29,350 bases of DNA, from IMG/VR virus record IMGVR_UViG_3300020042_006920, positions 1 to 29,350 of that record, one strand, 5' to 3'. Position 1 is the first letter of the stretch. Every line of letters begins with the position of its first letter. The notes under the pieces are model-generated. The model was not told where the DNA came from, searched no databases, and saw nothing but the letters and a program-made list of their open reading frames with translations. This document shows, in pieces, positions 1 to 9,608 of the stretch. The translations under genes were made by a program, and so were the position numbers. Source of the DNA: a virus. Lineage: Duplodnaviria > Caudoviricetes.

Positions 1-706
1 AACCTGATGAAATTGTTGAAGAAATAAGAATTCTTGATGGTAGAGTTTGACCGACTATCATATATCTACTTTGTTCTGTGCTATATGCTATTGCTCTACC
101 ATCACCATCCGACCAGAATGTATCAGTTGTAGTGTTATTTTCAGTGAAGGTGGTTCCATTTGTAGTCCAGACAACTTTTAAATTTGATGTTCCTTGTCCG
201 AACTCTTTTACCAAAGTGCATGCCCATAAATAACCTTGGTCTGCTGTGTAAGCATACATCGGTTGATAAGCCTCACCACCCCAAGTTGAACCAACTGAAA
301 AAGTATGAGCTACAACCCAAGTAGTAGAGTTAGTTGAGGTCAATATATTTTGATAAGTATTTACTATAAATAAATTAAATGAAGAACACCATTTTATACC
401 AACTGTGGTATTTGTAGTTGTTCTTGTTCGTGAGGTCCAAGTAACACCATTTGTTGAACTCATAATAGCCGCGGTTGTTGATGCAATTTCAGCCACACCT
501 ACATAAAGTCCAAGCTCAGGTGAAAAATCAACACTTGTATAACTTGATGAATTTGGAGTCGTAGCTGTAGCCCAAGTTATACCATCATTAGACCATGCTG
601 CTCTTAAATTTGTGCCAGTTTTTCTAACAGCAACCCATCGTCCATAAGTAAGACCTGGTGTTACTGGTGCTTCTGCTAATTGCCAAAATGCTACTCCTGA
701 AAACAT
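1..706 (-). CDS. BNR/Asp-box repeat (beta-propeller-like) protein, putative tail-tip/receptor-binding protein; partial, runs off the window start
   Basis: Not in the ORF track. ATG at 706-704 overlaps the TAA of the upstream fibre gene (TAATG). Hand translation MFSGVAFWQLAEAPVTPG... is open to position 1, with Asp-box-like repeats WSNDGITW, SSTNGVTW, TSTNSTTW, WTTNGTTF. Confidence 0.75.
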   Translation of the reverse strand, partial: MFSGVAFWQLAEAPVTPGLTYGRWVAVRKTGTNLRAAWSNDGITWATATTPNSSSYTSVDFSPELGLYVGVAEIASTTAAIMSSTNGVTWTSRTRTTTNTTVGIKWCSSFNLFIVNTYQNILTSTNSTTWVVAHTFSVGSTWGGEAYQPMYAYTADQGYLWACTLVKEFGQGTSNLKVVWTTNGTTFTENNTTTDTFWSDGDGRAIAYSTEQSRYMIVGQTLPSRILISSTISSG

Positions 707-3375
707 TAGAAAGATTGAAAGTTTTTTATTGACGAAACCCACATATCTGTTCCATCATAAGCCATACTCATTATAAACGAACCAGTCGCTGATATAGCAG
801 TTGCTCCAACACTTAACCAATTGGATGCGGAGTTCAAATTAAAACTATAAGTTCCTGCTTTAATAAAGAAATTATAAACACTATATGTCGCTGATGTATA
901 ACTAAAAGTAGCATTACCAGTTAGAGTATAGAAATAAGTATTTGATGCTAAACTTTGAGTAAATATCCCAGTAACAGCTGTATTTATAACTGGGTCATAT
1001 TGATAATAAAAATCAAGTCCTATACTATACGTTCCACTCTCATTTCCAAGTGATAAAGTTTGTTGTAAGTTTTGATTTGGAGATGTTCCTGATGTTCCAG
1101 CAGTTCCTGCCGAACTAACACCCCCAGACATTTCTATAAAACTAACTTGTAAATTTCTAATTAATACCTCATCTGTTCCAGTTTGCATTTGGCATGAAAC
1201 ATCAAACCAATAATCAGTAAAGGTATTTAAACCAGAAACTATACCTTGTAAATCTAAATCTTGTCTTACATTATATGACCCCGATGGTTCAATATCATCT
1301 AAAACTTTTGATGATATTATTGTTCCTGTTAATGATGAACCATTTGTTGGTGGTGTTCCAGTTCCATATCTTAATGATAATGTATATCTTGCACCGTCAG
1401 CAGTCAGTGTATCACAATCACCAGATATAATAATAAAGGTTGTTCCTGCGTTTATCATAGAGAAGGTAGCGGAAATACCAGCCATCTCACCACTTGAGCC
1501 ACCAAAAGAAGGTGGGTCTGATGGTTGAACTGATTTACTATTCATATTAGCATATCCTGCTACTGTTGATGTTCCACTTGTTCCATTTTGACCTGACGAA
1601 CCCGCGGAGCCACTTGAACCTGAACTACCTGATGAACCAGAACTACCCGATGAGCCGTTTAATCCACTTGAACCTGAACTACCACTTGAACCTGATGAAC
1701 CTGATGAACCATTTAAACCTGATGTTCCTGATGAACCACTTGTTCCAGATTGAGATATTAATGATAAAAACAATTGGTGATTATTTGAAAAGTTTGTTGT
1801 TCCTGTTCCTGCTGATGAGATTAAAGACACAGGCACTTCCCAATAATTACTCGCTCCAGCAATTAAAGTTGGAGTTGATGTAATAACCCATATTTGGTAA
1901 TTACCACTATTGCTTCTATCTTGTATTGTAATCCTTTGTCCTATATGTAAGAGTGCTAAAAATATATCTATATCTATAATCGGGGCATCTGTAAGATGAT
2001 TTATATTTATTTGAGTTGCTGATATTTGAGTTGCGTTATTCCATAGAATATGACCTGAACCAGGATTGCCTGTAATAATTGATGTCTCGGCTTCATATAA
2101 AAATATATTAGAACTTAAACCATCAATACCACTTGAACCACTTGTTCCAGTTGAACCAGAACTGCCACTTGAACCCGATGAGCCAGAACTACCTGATGAA
2201 CCATTTAAACCGCTTGAACCATTTAAACCGCTTGAACCATTTAAACCGCTTGAACCATTTATACCTGACGTTCCAGTTGAACCTGAACTACCTGATGAAC
2301 CACTTGTTCCAGTTGAACCAGAACTGCCACTTGAACCCGATGAACCTGATGAGCCAGAACTGCCACTTGAACCTGATGAACCTGATGAACCAGAACTACC
2401 TGACGAACCACTTGAACCAGAACTACCAGATGAACCTGAACTACCTGATGAACCTGATGAACCCGATGAGCCGTTTAATCCACTTGAACCTGAACTACCT
2501 GATGAACCTGATGAACCTGATGAACCATTTAATCCACTTGAACCTGACGAACCACTTGAACCTGAATTACCTGATGAACCTGATGTTCCAGTTGTTCCCG
2601 ATGAACCATTTAAACCACTTGTTCCGTTTAAACCTGATGTTCCATTTAAACCTGAACTACCTGATGAACCTGAACTACCTGATGAACCCGAATTACCTGA
2701 TGACCCACTTGAACCAGCCGAACCAGATGTTCCGTTAATACCACTCGTTCCGTTAATACCACTTGTTCCATTTTGACCTGACGAACCTGATGTTCCAGAT
2801 GAACCAGCAAATGAACCAGTAGCAGAAATAGTTGCTCCAGTATTTAAAGTAAAAATCATTTGTGTTTGAGATGGTAAAACAACACCAGATACAATATAAG
2901 GACCAGTTGGACCTATTGGACCCGTTGCTCCTGTTATACCAATTACAATTGGACCTACGTTTTGGTCGTAATAAAGATAATCATCATTTATACAATCAAT
3001 ATAAAAATCATCACAACTCGCAGTTATACTACAAGTTTCAACAACAGTCATTAAACCAATTTCTAATATACCACTCGCAGAAGCAGATGATGTATTACCA
3101 ACATATGATGTTTGATAAACTCTATAATCATAAGTTCCTGGATTAACAGTAAAATAACCATTAACACTTTGTGTAGCAGTGGTTGAATAAGTTCCTCTTT
3201 CCGAAAATGTAAATGATTGATAAACTGATTGATAAGATGAATTATCACCAGACATCATATAAGTCAAATTACCAGTATCATTTGAAGCAAATTCAAATAA
3301 ATAATAAACTGGACTTATAGTTGGATTTAAAGTAAAATAAACCTTTTTGGTTTCGGCTTTATTTATTAATATCAT
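706..3375 (-). CDS. Virion fibre protein: N-terminal structural/neck-like domain, Gly-Ser-Ser repeats, C-terminal module shared with 9594..14033
   Basis: 889 aa with long (G-S/T-S)n tracts and a short GPT/GPI collagen-like stretch; lies in the structural operon; C-terminal ~92 aa paralogous to the 1479 aa tail protein. Confidence 0.7.
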   Translation of the reverse strand: MILINKAETKKVYFTLNPTISPVYYLFEFASNDTGNLTYMMSGDNSSYQSVYQSFTFSERGTYSTTATQSVNGYFTVNPGTYDYRVYQTSYVGNTSSASASGILEIGLMTVVETCSITASCDDFYIDCINDDYLYYDQNVGPIVIGITGATGPIGPTGPYIVSGVVLPSQTQMIFTLNTGATISATGSFAGSSGTSGSSGQNGTSGINGTSGINGTSGSAGSSGSSGNSGSSGSSGSSGSSGLNGTSGLNGTSGLNGSSGTTGTSGSSGNSGSSGSSGSSGLNGSSGSSGSSGSSGSSGLNGSSGSSGSSGSSGSSGSSGSSGSSGSSGSSGSSGSSGSSGSSGSSGSSGSSGSTGTSGSSGSSGSTGTSGINGSSGLNGSSGLNGSSGLNGSSGSSGSSGSSGSSGSTGTSGSSGIDGLSSNIFLYEAETSIITGNPGSGHILWNNATQISATQININHLTDAPIIDIDIFLALLHIGQRITIQDRSNSGNYQIWVITSTPTLIAGASNYWEVPVSLISSAGTGTTNFSNNHQLFLSLISQSGTSGSSGTSGLNGSSGSSGSSGSSGSSGLNGSSGSSGSSGSSGSSGSAGSSGQNGTSGTSTVAGYANMNSKSVQPSDPPSFGGSSGEMAGISATFSMINAGTTFIIISGDCDTLTADGARYTLSLRYGTGTPPTNGSSLTGTIISSKVLDDIEPSGSYNVRQDLDLQGIVSGLNTFTDYWFDVSCQMQTGTDEVLIRNLQVSFIEMSGGVSSAGTAGTSGTSPNQNLQQTLSLGNESGTYSIGLDFYYQYDPVINTAVTGIFTQSLASNTYFYTLTGNATFSYTSATYSVYNFFIKAGTYSFNLNSASNWLSVGATAISATGSFIMSMAYDGTDMWVSSIKNFQSF
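1570..1750 (-). repeat. Coding Gly-Ser-Ser triplet repeat (second block of the fibre gene)
   Basis: Degenerate 9-nt units such as cctgatgaa, cctgaacta, ccacttgaa; boundaries approximate. Confidence 0.85.
2120..2810 (-). repeat. Coding Gly-Ser-Ser triplet repeat (main block, ~230 codons)
   Basis: Degenerate 9-nt tandem units encoding SGSSGSSG/SGLNGSSG, Gly at every third residue; boundaries approximate. Confidence 0.9.
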
Positions 3376-3571
3376 TTTCTATATCTTTATTATTTGAAAT
3401 TTCCTTTTTAGTTTCTTTCTTTTCAACAATAACTTCTTCAAAAAACTCACTATAACCATTTAAATAGTAGTATTCCCATAAAGATGGGTCTAAATTTGTA
3501 AGTTTCAAAGGACGATTTCTTCCACCACCGATAGACCACTCTTTATATTCCTCTTTTATTTTTAGTTTCAT
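3359..3571 (-). CDS. Small hypothetical protein downstream of the tail tube gene (70 aa, MKLKIKEEYKEW...)
   Basis: The track starts this ORF at 3610, but that ATG lies inside the late-promoter motif (3590..3616); the ATG at 3571 is more plausible. Confidence 0.6.
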   Translation of the reverse strand: MKLKIKEEYKEWSIGGGRNRPLKLTNLDPSLWEYYYLNGYSEFFEEVIVEKKETKKEISNNKDIENDINK

Positions 3572-3589
3572 AATACTCACTTTTTCTAT

Positions 3590-3616
3590 TAAATATACTT
3601 TTTTATCCATTTGTCT
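3590..3616 (-). promoter_or_regulatory. Putative late promoter AGACAA-N13-TATATTTA (copy 1)
   Basis: Minus strand AGACAA ATGGATAAAAAAG TATATTTA; same motif and spacing at five sites upstream of virion genes. Confidence 0.75.
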
Positions 3617-3623
3617 TTTATAT

Positions 3624-3660
3624 AAAAAAAGAAAACCCCACCATAATTGATGAGGTTTTC
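3624..3660 (-). terminator. Intrinsic terminator after the tail tube gene
   Basis: Minus strand GAAAACCTCATCA-ATTA-TGGTGGGGTTTTC (13-bp stem with G-U pairs) followed by T7; a second hairpin AAACTCTT/AAGAGTTT lies at 3674..3696. Confidence 0.85.
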
Positions 3661-3701
3661 TAAAGGATATAATAAACTCTTAATATAAAAGAGTTTTTTA
3701 A

Positions 3702-4217
3702 TTAGTTTCCTGCTGGGAATCCAGATGCTGTTGAACTAATTGGTAGTGCTGGTTCTGGTTCTTTCGCTGTTAAAGTGATTGTAAATCCATTTAAATCTCC
3801 GAAAGCCTTCCCAGTATTCATTGCTCCTGCTGTTGCTCTAACTCCATTTTGATAGCCCATTAACCAATAAACACCTCGCTGGTCTTTAACAATTACCGAC
3901 ATATTAGCTTGTGATAAAACTAATAATTGGTTTCTTAAAGTAGCGTCGTTTTTGTGGAACGTAAGCATTAATTCTTGGGTAAAGAACACTGTTCCGTTTT
4001 CCACCGAGTAAGCCCCGTTTTGGTTAAATTGTCCCGTCTCCATCTCCTGCTCAAACTTAAAGTAAGAAACAGTTCCGCCTGTAAAAGCAGTAATAGTGTT
4101 GGTCGCATTCAAAGTGTATGAAGCAGTTCCTGAATAGTTGCCAATCCACACGTCTTGTATGCCGCCAATTGAGTCCCTACATCCAAGTGTATATCCTGTT
4201 GATAATAAACATGCCAT
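3702..4217 (-). CDS. Major tail (tube) protein
   Basis: 171 aa immediately after the capsid gene; MAC...GCRDSIGGI start and ENGTVFFTQEL, GKAFGDLNGFTITL.AKEP motifs typical of Bacteroidota siphovirus tube proteins. Confidence 0.75.
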   Translation of the reverse strand: MACLLSTGYTLGCRDSIGGIQDVWIGNYSGTASYTLNATNTITAFTGGTVSYFKFEQEMETGQFNQNGAYSVENGTVFFTQELMLTFHKNDATLRNQLLVLSQANMSVIVKDQRGVYWLMGYQNGVRATAGAMNTGKAFGDLNGFTITLTAKEPEPALPISSTASGFPAGN

Positions 4218-4249
4218 TATATTTTAATTTTTTTTTATTCCTCAAAGGA

Positions 4250-5185
4250 TTACGAACCGATATAATATACTACTTCCTCTAAATAAGCAACTTGAACTCC
4301 AAGTTTCCATTTTGCTAAGAAACGAACTTCGTCATTATCTTGTGAGTAGAAAATTCTAAAATCTTCTGCATCAGATAGTAAATCAGTTCCAACATAAATG
4401 TTAGAAGCTCTTGTTAATACCCATCTATTTGCCGAGTTCAAACCTCTTACCGCGATTACTCTTACGTTTGTTCCTGGATGCATTTGTGAGAACTCTTGTC
4501 CTTGGTCTTCAGCACCACTATAAGCAAAGTAATTTGCGTCTCTTAATGCTCTTGCGTAAATTCTGTAATCTGCATATCCCATGAAAAGGTGTAAATCATC
4601 AGTATCAATAATGTCTGTATCAATTTTTCCACAAGCCTCATCAACTTTCGCGATTATTGTTGAAGCTAAAGTTGTAGTGTTTATTGAATAAGTTCCGAAA
4701 TTTGATAAAGTAGATGCTGTTGCTGCGTGGAATAGTTTAATAAGACCATCACAAAGTGCTAAGTTTCCAGTTCCTGTTGCTGTATTACCTTTCCAGATTA
4801 AGTCCTCAATAAGAGCCATAATAACATCTTTTTTGTTTTCAGCGTATAATTGCTCAAAAGGAATTTCTGTGTTGTATGAACCTGGGTTCATTTGGATTTG
4901 AGTATAATAATTTTCCAAATCGTTAAGACATACTGATTCATTTACCTTGATGTCGCAAACGCTTATTGTTCTTTGGTCCAAGATAGTTGAGTTCGTTGCC
5001 GACCAACCACAAGCACCTGCTGCTGCGTTTAAAGTTGTAGATAATCTATTGATAGTCGCTGATGATTTTACTCCACCTTGAACTGTTACTAAATCTACGG
5101 TTCTACCTTTTAAAACTGCTTCTTTAATTAAGTCCATAGCATTTTGGTCTGTGTATGCACTTAATCCTGCTAAATTTAAAGCCAT
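4250..5185 (-). CDS. Major capsid protein
   Basis: 311 aa after the protease and scaffold genes; motifs CGW, ESVCLNDL, LIWKG, DGLIK, NIYVGTDLLSD typical of this phage group's HK97-fold capsids. Confidence 0.85.
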   Translation of the reverse strand: MALNLAGLSAYTDQNAMDLIKEAVLKGRTVDLVTVQGGVKSSATINRLSTTLNAAAGACGWSATNSTILDQRTISVCDIKVNESVCLNDLENYYTQIQMNPGSYNTEIPFEQLYAENKKDVIMALIEDLIWKGNTATGTGNLALCDGLIKLFHAATASTLSNFGTYSINTTTLASTIIAKVDEACGKIDTDIIDTDDLHLFMGYADYRIYARALRDANYFAYSGAEDQGQEFSQMHPGTNVRVIAVRGLNSANRWVLTRASNIYVGTDLLSDAEDFRIFYSQDNDEVRFLAKWKLGVQVAYLEEVVYYIGS

Positions 5186-5218
5186 AATTAATTAATTTTT
5201 TTTTGTATCCTAAAAGGA

Positions 5219-5833
5219 TTATTTCTTTCTTATATTTTTTATTCCTTCAAGACCATTCATTTTTCTTTCTTTGTTGTCTCTAACGAACTCTTTATATTCT
5301 GATTTAATAGATGAGAATTGAACCTCTGCTGGTGTTTCTTTTACAAATGTATCTAACTTTGTTAAAACGTCGTTAGAGAACTCTGATGCTTGTTTAACAA
5401 CTGGTAGCATCTCATTCATCATTTTCTCAACTTCAGCAATTCTTGCTTCCATCTCCTCCATTTTCTTTTTATACATTTCCTCTACCTTTGGTTCCTCAAC
5501 TTTAACCTCATCTTCAACTTTAACCTCATCAGCTAAAGTTTCCTCAACTGCTGCTGGCATTTCTGGCATTTCACCCAATTCAACTGTTTCAATTTCTGTG
5601 ATAATACCTGCTTCATCAACATATATTTTAACACCTTCTAATGTAGTGTGTTCTCCTGCTGGTGCTGGAATTAAACCATCTGGTGTAACCAAACTTAATT
5701 GTGCTCCAACTTCAAAAGTATCACCTTCTGATTGAACGATGGTTTCATTATCTGTAAGTTTAGCATCTATGAACTTATGTTCCGAAAACTTAATAAGATT
5801 TTTAATTTGTTTTAGAATGTTTTTTCTATCCAT
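5219..5833 (-). CDS. Capsid scaffolding protein
   Basis: 204 aa, acidic/coiled-coil, PAPAGEH..EG..I.V..GII.EI motif; between protease and capsid genes. Confidence 0.7.
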   Translation of the reverse strand: MDRKNILKQIKNLIKFSEHKFIDAKLTDNETIVQSEGDTFEVGAQLSLVTPDGLIPAPAGEHTTLEGVKIYVDEAGIITEIETVELGEMPEMPAAVEETLADEVKVEDEVKVEEPKVEEMYKKKMEEMEARIAEVEKMMNEMLPVVKQASEFSNDVLTKLDTFVKETPAEVQFSSIKSEYKEFVRDNKERKMNGLEGIKNIRKK

Positions 5834-5853
5834 TTTACTATTCTTTTTTTTTC

Positions 5854-5880
5854 TAAATATACATATAGTATCTTTTGTCT
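5854..5880 (-). promoter_or_regulatory. Putative late promoter AGACAA-N13-TATATTTA (copy 2)
   Basis: AGACAA AAGATACTATATG TATATTTA, 21 nt upstream of the scaffold ATG. Confidence 0.75.
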
Positions 5881-5899
5881 TTTATTTAATCAAAAGCCC

Positions 5900-6910
5900 T
5901 TATTTCTTTGGGTGTTTAGTAGGTAGTAAATCATTATCATTTACATATTTTGGATTCTCTGGTCTTCCATTTTTGACTAAATAAAGATAAGCATTTACTC
6001 TTGCGTAAGCCCACTGTTGTTGTGATGATACTTTTGGTGAGTGTGATACGGCAAATGCTCCAACACCTCTTTGATATACTGTTTTAAGTTGTCCGATAGT
6101 AACACCATAACCTAACTTTTCTTTATATCTTTCATTAAAATCATCTGACTTTTTTTGTAATGTATCTTCTACCTCTTTTGGAACTTCAGCACCCCTTGTG
6201 TTTTTAGCGGAGCCTTCTGCTTTTGGTTTTGGACTTTTATCTGGATTTGGAGTTGATGACTTTGGAGCCTTTGGTGATTTCACTATTCCACCTCTTGGAC
6301 CGACTACAGCAAAAAGACTTTCTATAATTTCAAAAGTATCTTCATCAGAAAAACCAAAATCTACTAATTCAGCTATTATATCTAAAAGCTCTACATCTTT
6401 TTCACCTGCTTTAACCTCAACAGAAAAACCACGGATTAAACCTGTTTTTAAATAATTATTCCAAACTTCGTCATTATCTACTTTCATACTTACAAACCAG
6501 TCGCCTTCTCTTACATCAGTAAATCCGAGTGCTATGGCTTTATCCATTTTAGGGTCTTCTACTATCCAACTTTCATAAACATAAACTCCATCAACTTCAA
6601 ACTCATGTTCTAAATTAGTTTTGTTTGCGTTTGAATTATTTTTAAAGAATAACTCTGCTGCTTTTCTAACTGTATCTTTACTAAAAAATCCATAATATAA
6701 TTCACCATTTTCATCTTTTCTTGGTATATGTATATCAGGTCTCATAGCAGCTCCAGTTACAATTCTTTTTGTAGCATCAATTGTTGAAAACTGCAAATCT
6801 GTGTTAAAAAGTAAAAACTCTTCCTCAATAGCAGGAACTGATACAAGTGATATTCTTTTCAACTCACCCATAACATCATCAAGAAACCATTCAATTAATT
6901 TATTTTCCAT
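5900..6910 (-). CDS. Prohead protease (XkdF / Peptidase_S78_2-like) with an extra C-terminal domain
   Basis: ISLVSVPAIEE, NLEHE, VYESWIVED, W..SMKVDN..VW, GFSVE motifs; C-terminal VYQRG.GA...HSP...QWAYARVNAY module. Confidence 0.8.
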   Translation of the reverse strand: MENKLIEWFLDDVMGELKRISLVSVPAIEEEFLLFNTDLQFSTIDATKRIVTGAAMRPDIHIPRKDENGELYYGFFSKDTVRKAAELFFKNNSNANKTNLEHEFEVDGVYVYESWIVEDPKMDKAIALGFTDVREGDWFVSMKVDNDEVWNNYLKTGLIRGFSVEVKAGEKDVELLDIIAELVDFGFSDEDTFEIIESLFAVVGPRGGIVKSPKAPKSSTPNPDKSPKPKAEGSAKNTRGAEVPKEVEDTLQKKSDDFNERYKEKLGYGVTIGQLKTVYQRGVGAFAVSHSPKVSSQQQWAYARVNAYLYLVKNGRPENPKYVNDNDLLPTKHPKK

Positions 6911-6950
6911 ATTTTATTTATTTTTTTTATTAAAAACTTTAGCACTATCC

Positions 6951-9563
6951 TCAACCTACCTCAGCACGTTGTTGGTAATTTTGTAATCTATTTTGTGTTC
7001 CAGTAATATCGGATTCCACGACCACTGCTCTTATCGTTTGTTGTCTCATACCAGGACCTTCTTGTCCCATACCCTCTGAACCTGGAAGGGCTTGTCCGAA
7101 TAAGGATAAACTTGGTGGAGTTGGTGCGCTGCTTTGTGTGGTTTGTGTTCCACCAGTTGATACGCCACCACCAGCTCCACCACCAGCATCACCACCACCT
7201 TCAAATTTAGTTGCTTTAATCTTTGCTACATTCATAGCAGTCATCGCTGCTACTGCTCCTGCTAAAATACCACCAACAATTGGACCTGCAATTGGACCTA
7301 AACTCATAGCTCCTGTAAATGCTTGAACCGCACCTTGAACTCCAGCTATTAAAGCTGATGCTATTTTATATTTTTTGTCTGTCTCAAATGCCTTCCTTTT
7401 AACCACATCTGCGTCATCTTTTGCTTTACTATCTAAATCTTTAACTCCTTTTTCATACTCATCTTTTAAAATTAACCCATTATCATATTGTGTTTTTAAC
7501 AACTCTTTTTCTTTATCAGCACCATCTTCAATACTTTGTATATTAGAATCTAATTTTGCCTGATTTGCTTCGCTCATAGCACTAACAATACCAGTAAGTG
7601 TATCACCAATTGCTTGTGCATATGCGCTTACTTTTTCGGTTAGTTTTTCAAACTTTTGTGATGATAAGGTTGTAAAAGCAGCAATAGCATCTAAACCAGT
7701 AGTAGTTAAGTCATTTAACCAACCACTTTCCTCCATCCTTAAACCTTTAATAATACCAGACAAATTTGAATAAGTGTCTGCTCTCTGTTGGACTAATGCT
7801 TGTTCTCTTAAAAGTTCCTCATCTTTATACTTTTTATCCAACGCGGCTAAATCAATAGCCTGTTGTTCTTTTAGTGTTAATTCTAATTGGGCATTTTGTC
7901 CCTGGACCTCCAACTTTCTTGCTGCATAAGTGTCTTCAATTGCTTGTTTCTGTTCTGCTGATAAACCTTCAACTGCTAATTCCGCCTTTTTTGTTGATTC
8001 AAGTTTCCCCAAGTTGTTTATACCAATTTGTGCTTTCTCTTCATAAGATTTTGCAAGTGCTAAAACATCTTTATCATAATTTAATTGTGATTGTTTTTGT
8101 TCTTTCTCAAAACCATCTTTCATCAAATCAATTTGTGATTGTTGAAAAGCAAAATCCAAATCTTGTAGTTGTGTGTTAAGCTCACTTTGTATTAAAGCAA
8201 AAGCATCATTTCCAGCTTTAGTAACATCAATTCGTTTTTGATTAAAATCTTCCAACCTTTTTGTTTCTTCATCTGCGAACTTTTTACTTATTTCCGCATT
8301 AGTTGATTCAAAACTTAATTTTAAAGTCGTGGCATCTAAATTATATTTTTTAGCAATTGCAAATAACTCGTCATATTTTCTCTTATTAGCCGCAAGTTCA
8401 GCATCAACATCAGATAAGAGTTTATCTTGATAATCAATTTCAATTGCTCTAATTTTATCTTGTGCTGCTTTTTTATCAGCGGCAAACTTTGCAGCTGCTT
8501 GTCTTCTTTTTTCTAATGCTTCCTCCTCTTTCTTTCTTGCATCCTCCCCTGCCTGAACCTGTTGGTTTAGTAGTTTCATTTCTAATTGATGTGAGAGTTC
8601 ATTTGATTTTGCTCTTGCCGCATTTAAAGCTTTTTCTGCTTTATCAAACTGTTCCATCGTTGATTTTTTAGCATTTAAAACTTTATTATATTCTCTTAAT
8701 GCGACATCAGTTGCATTCTGTTGAAATGCAAGGTTCAGTTCTAATCCGTCTTTTTCGGCCGCAAAAATCTCATCTTGTGTCGCACCTTTCAACTTTAGAT
8801 TTGCCACATTTGTTTCTATGTCTCTGTTGTTTGCTGCTATTAAACTACTTGTGCTTTCTTGTGCTGCCTGAGTGAGTTCCATTCCTCTTTCTACCTCAGC
8901 ATTTAATTTCTCTTGTTGCTTTTTAGCGTCTTCTGCACTATCTCCAAATATCATAAAAGCCGCAACTAAAGCACCGATTGCGACAACTAACAACATGACT
9001 GGATTGGCCGCCATAACAACATTCATTATTTTTTGGGCTGTTGTTGCCGTTCCAGTTGCTACAGCTTGTGCGACTGTAGCTGAATTAAATAAAGTTGATT
9101 GAGCAAAAGCAGCAGCAAAAGCAGCTTTCACACCAGTCATAGTGTCTTTTAATCCACCTAAACTTTTAACAGCATCGGATAAACCAGCGAGTGCTTGTAA
9201 TTTAAGTAAAACCTTTGTAACCTCCTGACTTTCACCGCCAAATAAAGCCTGAGCAGATGCTATACCTTGAAAAGCAGAAATACCAACTCCAGCTAACGAT
9301 GTAAATGCCCCACCTAAATTTTGTGTGGTATTACCAGCAGTAGCGTTTATAGCGGAATTTGTATCACCAATTGTATCTCTTAATTGACCGGCTCTTGATG
9401 TTAATTCATTAAACTTATCTGAACCTGGGTCTAACCCTTGAAGCTCTTGTGTAAGTTGTCTTAATTCAGCACGCAAACTTTGAGTAGATTTAGCCGCCGC
9501 ATCTATTTGTTCTCCAGCATTACCTTTAACATCTATCTCTAAAACTATTTTTTCGTTAGCCAT
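6951..9563 (-). CDS. Tail tape measure protein
   Basis: 870 aa, Ala/Leu/Lys/Glu-rich coiled coil with hydrophobic segments (MNVVMAANPVMLLVVAIGALVAA; GPIAGPIVGG) and a C-terminal RAVVVESDITGTQ motif. Confidence 0.85.
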   Translation of the reverse strand: MANEKIVLEIDVKGNAGEQIDAAAKSTQSLRAELRQLTQELQGLDPGSDKFNELTSRAGQLRDTIGDTNSAINATAGNTTQNLGGAFTSLAGVGISAFQGIASAQALFGGESQEVTKVLLKLQALAGLSDAVKSLGGLKDTMTGVKAAFAAAFAQSTLFNSATVAQAVATGTATTAQKIMNVVMAANPVMLLVVAIGALVAAFMIFGDSAEDAKKQQEKLNAEVERGMELTQAAQESTSSLIAANNRDIETNVANLKLKGATQDEIFAAEKDGLELNLAFQQNATDVALREYNKVLNAKKSTMEQFDKAEKALNAARAKSNELSHQLEMKLLNQQVQAGEDARKKEEEALEKRRQAAAKFAADKKAAQDKIRAIEIDYQDKLLSDVDAELAANKRKYDELFAIAKKYNLDATTLKLSFESTNAEISKKFADEETKRLEDFNQKRIDVTKAGNDAFALIQSELNTQLQDLDFAFQQSQIDLMKDGFEKEQKQSQLNYDKDVLALAKSYEEKAQIGINNLGKLESTKKAELAVEGLSAEQKQAIEDTYAARKLEVQGQNAQLELTLKEQQAIDLAALDKKYKDEELLREQALVQQRADTYSNLSGIIKGLRMEESGWLNDLTTTGLDAIAAFTTLSSQKFEKLTEKVSAYAQAIGDTLTGIVSAMSEANQAKLDSNIQSIEDGADKEKELLKTQYDNGLILKDEYEKGVKDLDSKAKDDADVVKRKAFETDKKYKIASALIAGVQGAVQAFTGAMSLGPIAGPIVGGILAGAVAAMTAMNVAKIKATKFEGGGDAGGGAGGGVSTGGTQTTQSSAPTPPSLSLFGQALPGSEGMGQEGPGMRQQTIRAVVVESDITGTQNRLQNYQQRAEVG

Positions 9564-9582
9564 TACTTTTATTATTTTTTAT

Positions 9583-9608
9583 TAAATATATTTTTAATAA
9601 GATTGATA
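9583..9608 (-). promoter_or_regulatory. Possible degenerate late promoter upstream of the tape measure gene
   Basis: TATATTTA element at the usual ~20 nt from the ATG, but the upstream hexamer is TATCAA/TTATCA rather than AGACAA because it overlaps the upstream CDS. Confidence 0.4.

Noticed and set aside
1566-2776. Plus-strand ORFs rich in PEPD or LNLM (1566..1883, 2066..2776, 2133..2738)
   Set aside because: Antisense shadows of the Gly-Ser-Ser codon repeats; open only because of the 9-nt periodicity.
2120-2810. Possible CRISPR array or non-coding tandem repeat
   Set aside because: No constant repeat with unique spacers; units are in-frame degenerate codons.
5739-9102. Short plus-strand ORFs opposite the scaffold, protease and tape measure genes
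   Set aside because: Typical antisense shadows, mostly with non-ATG starts.
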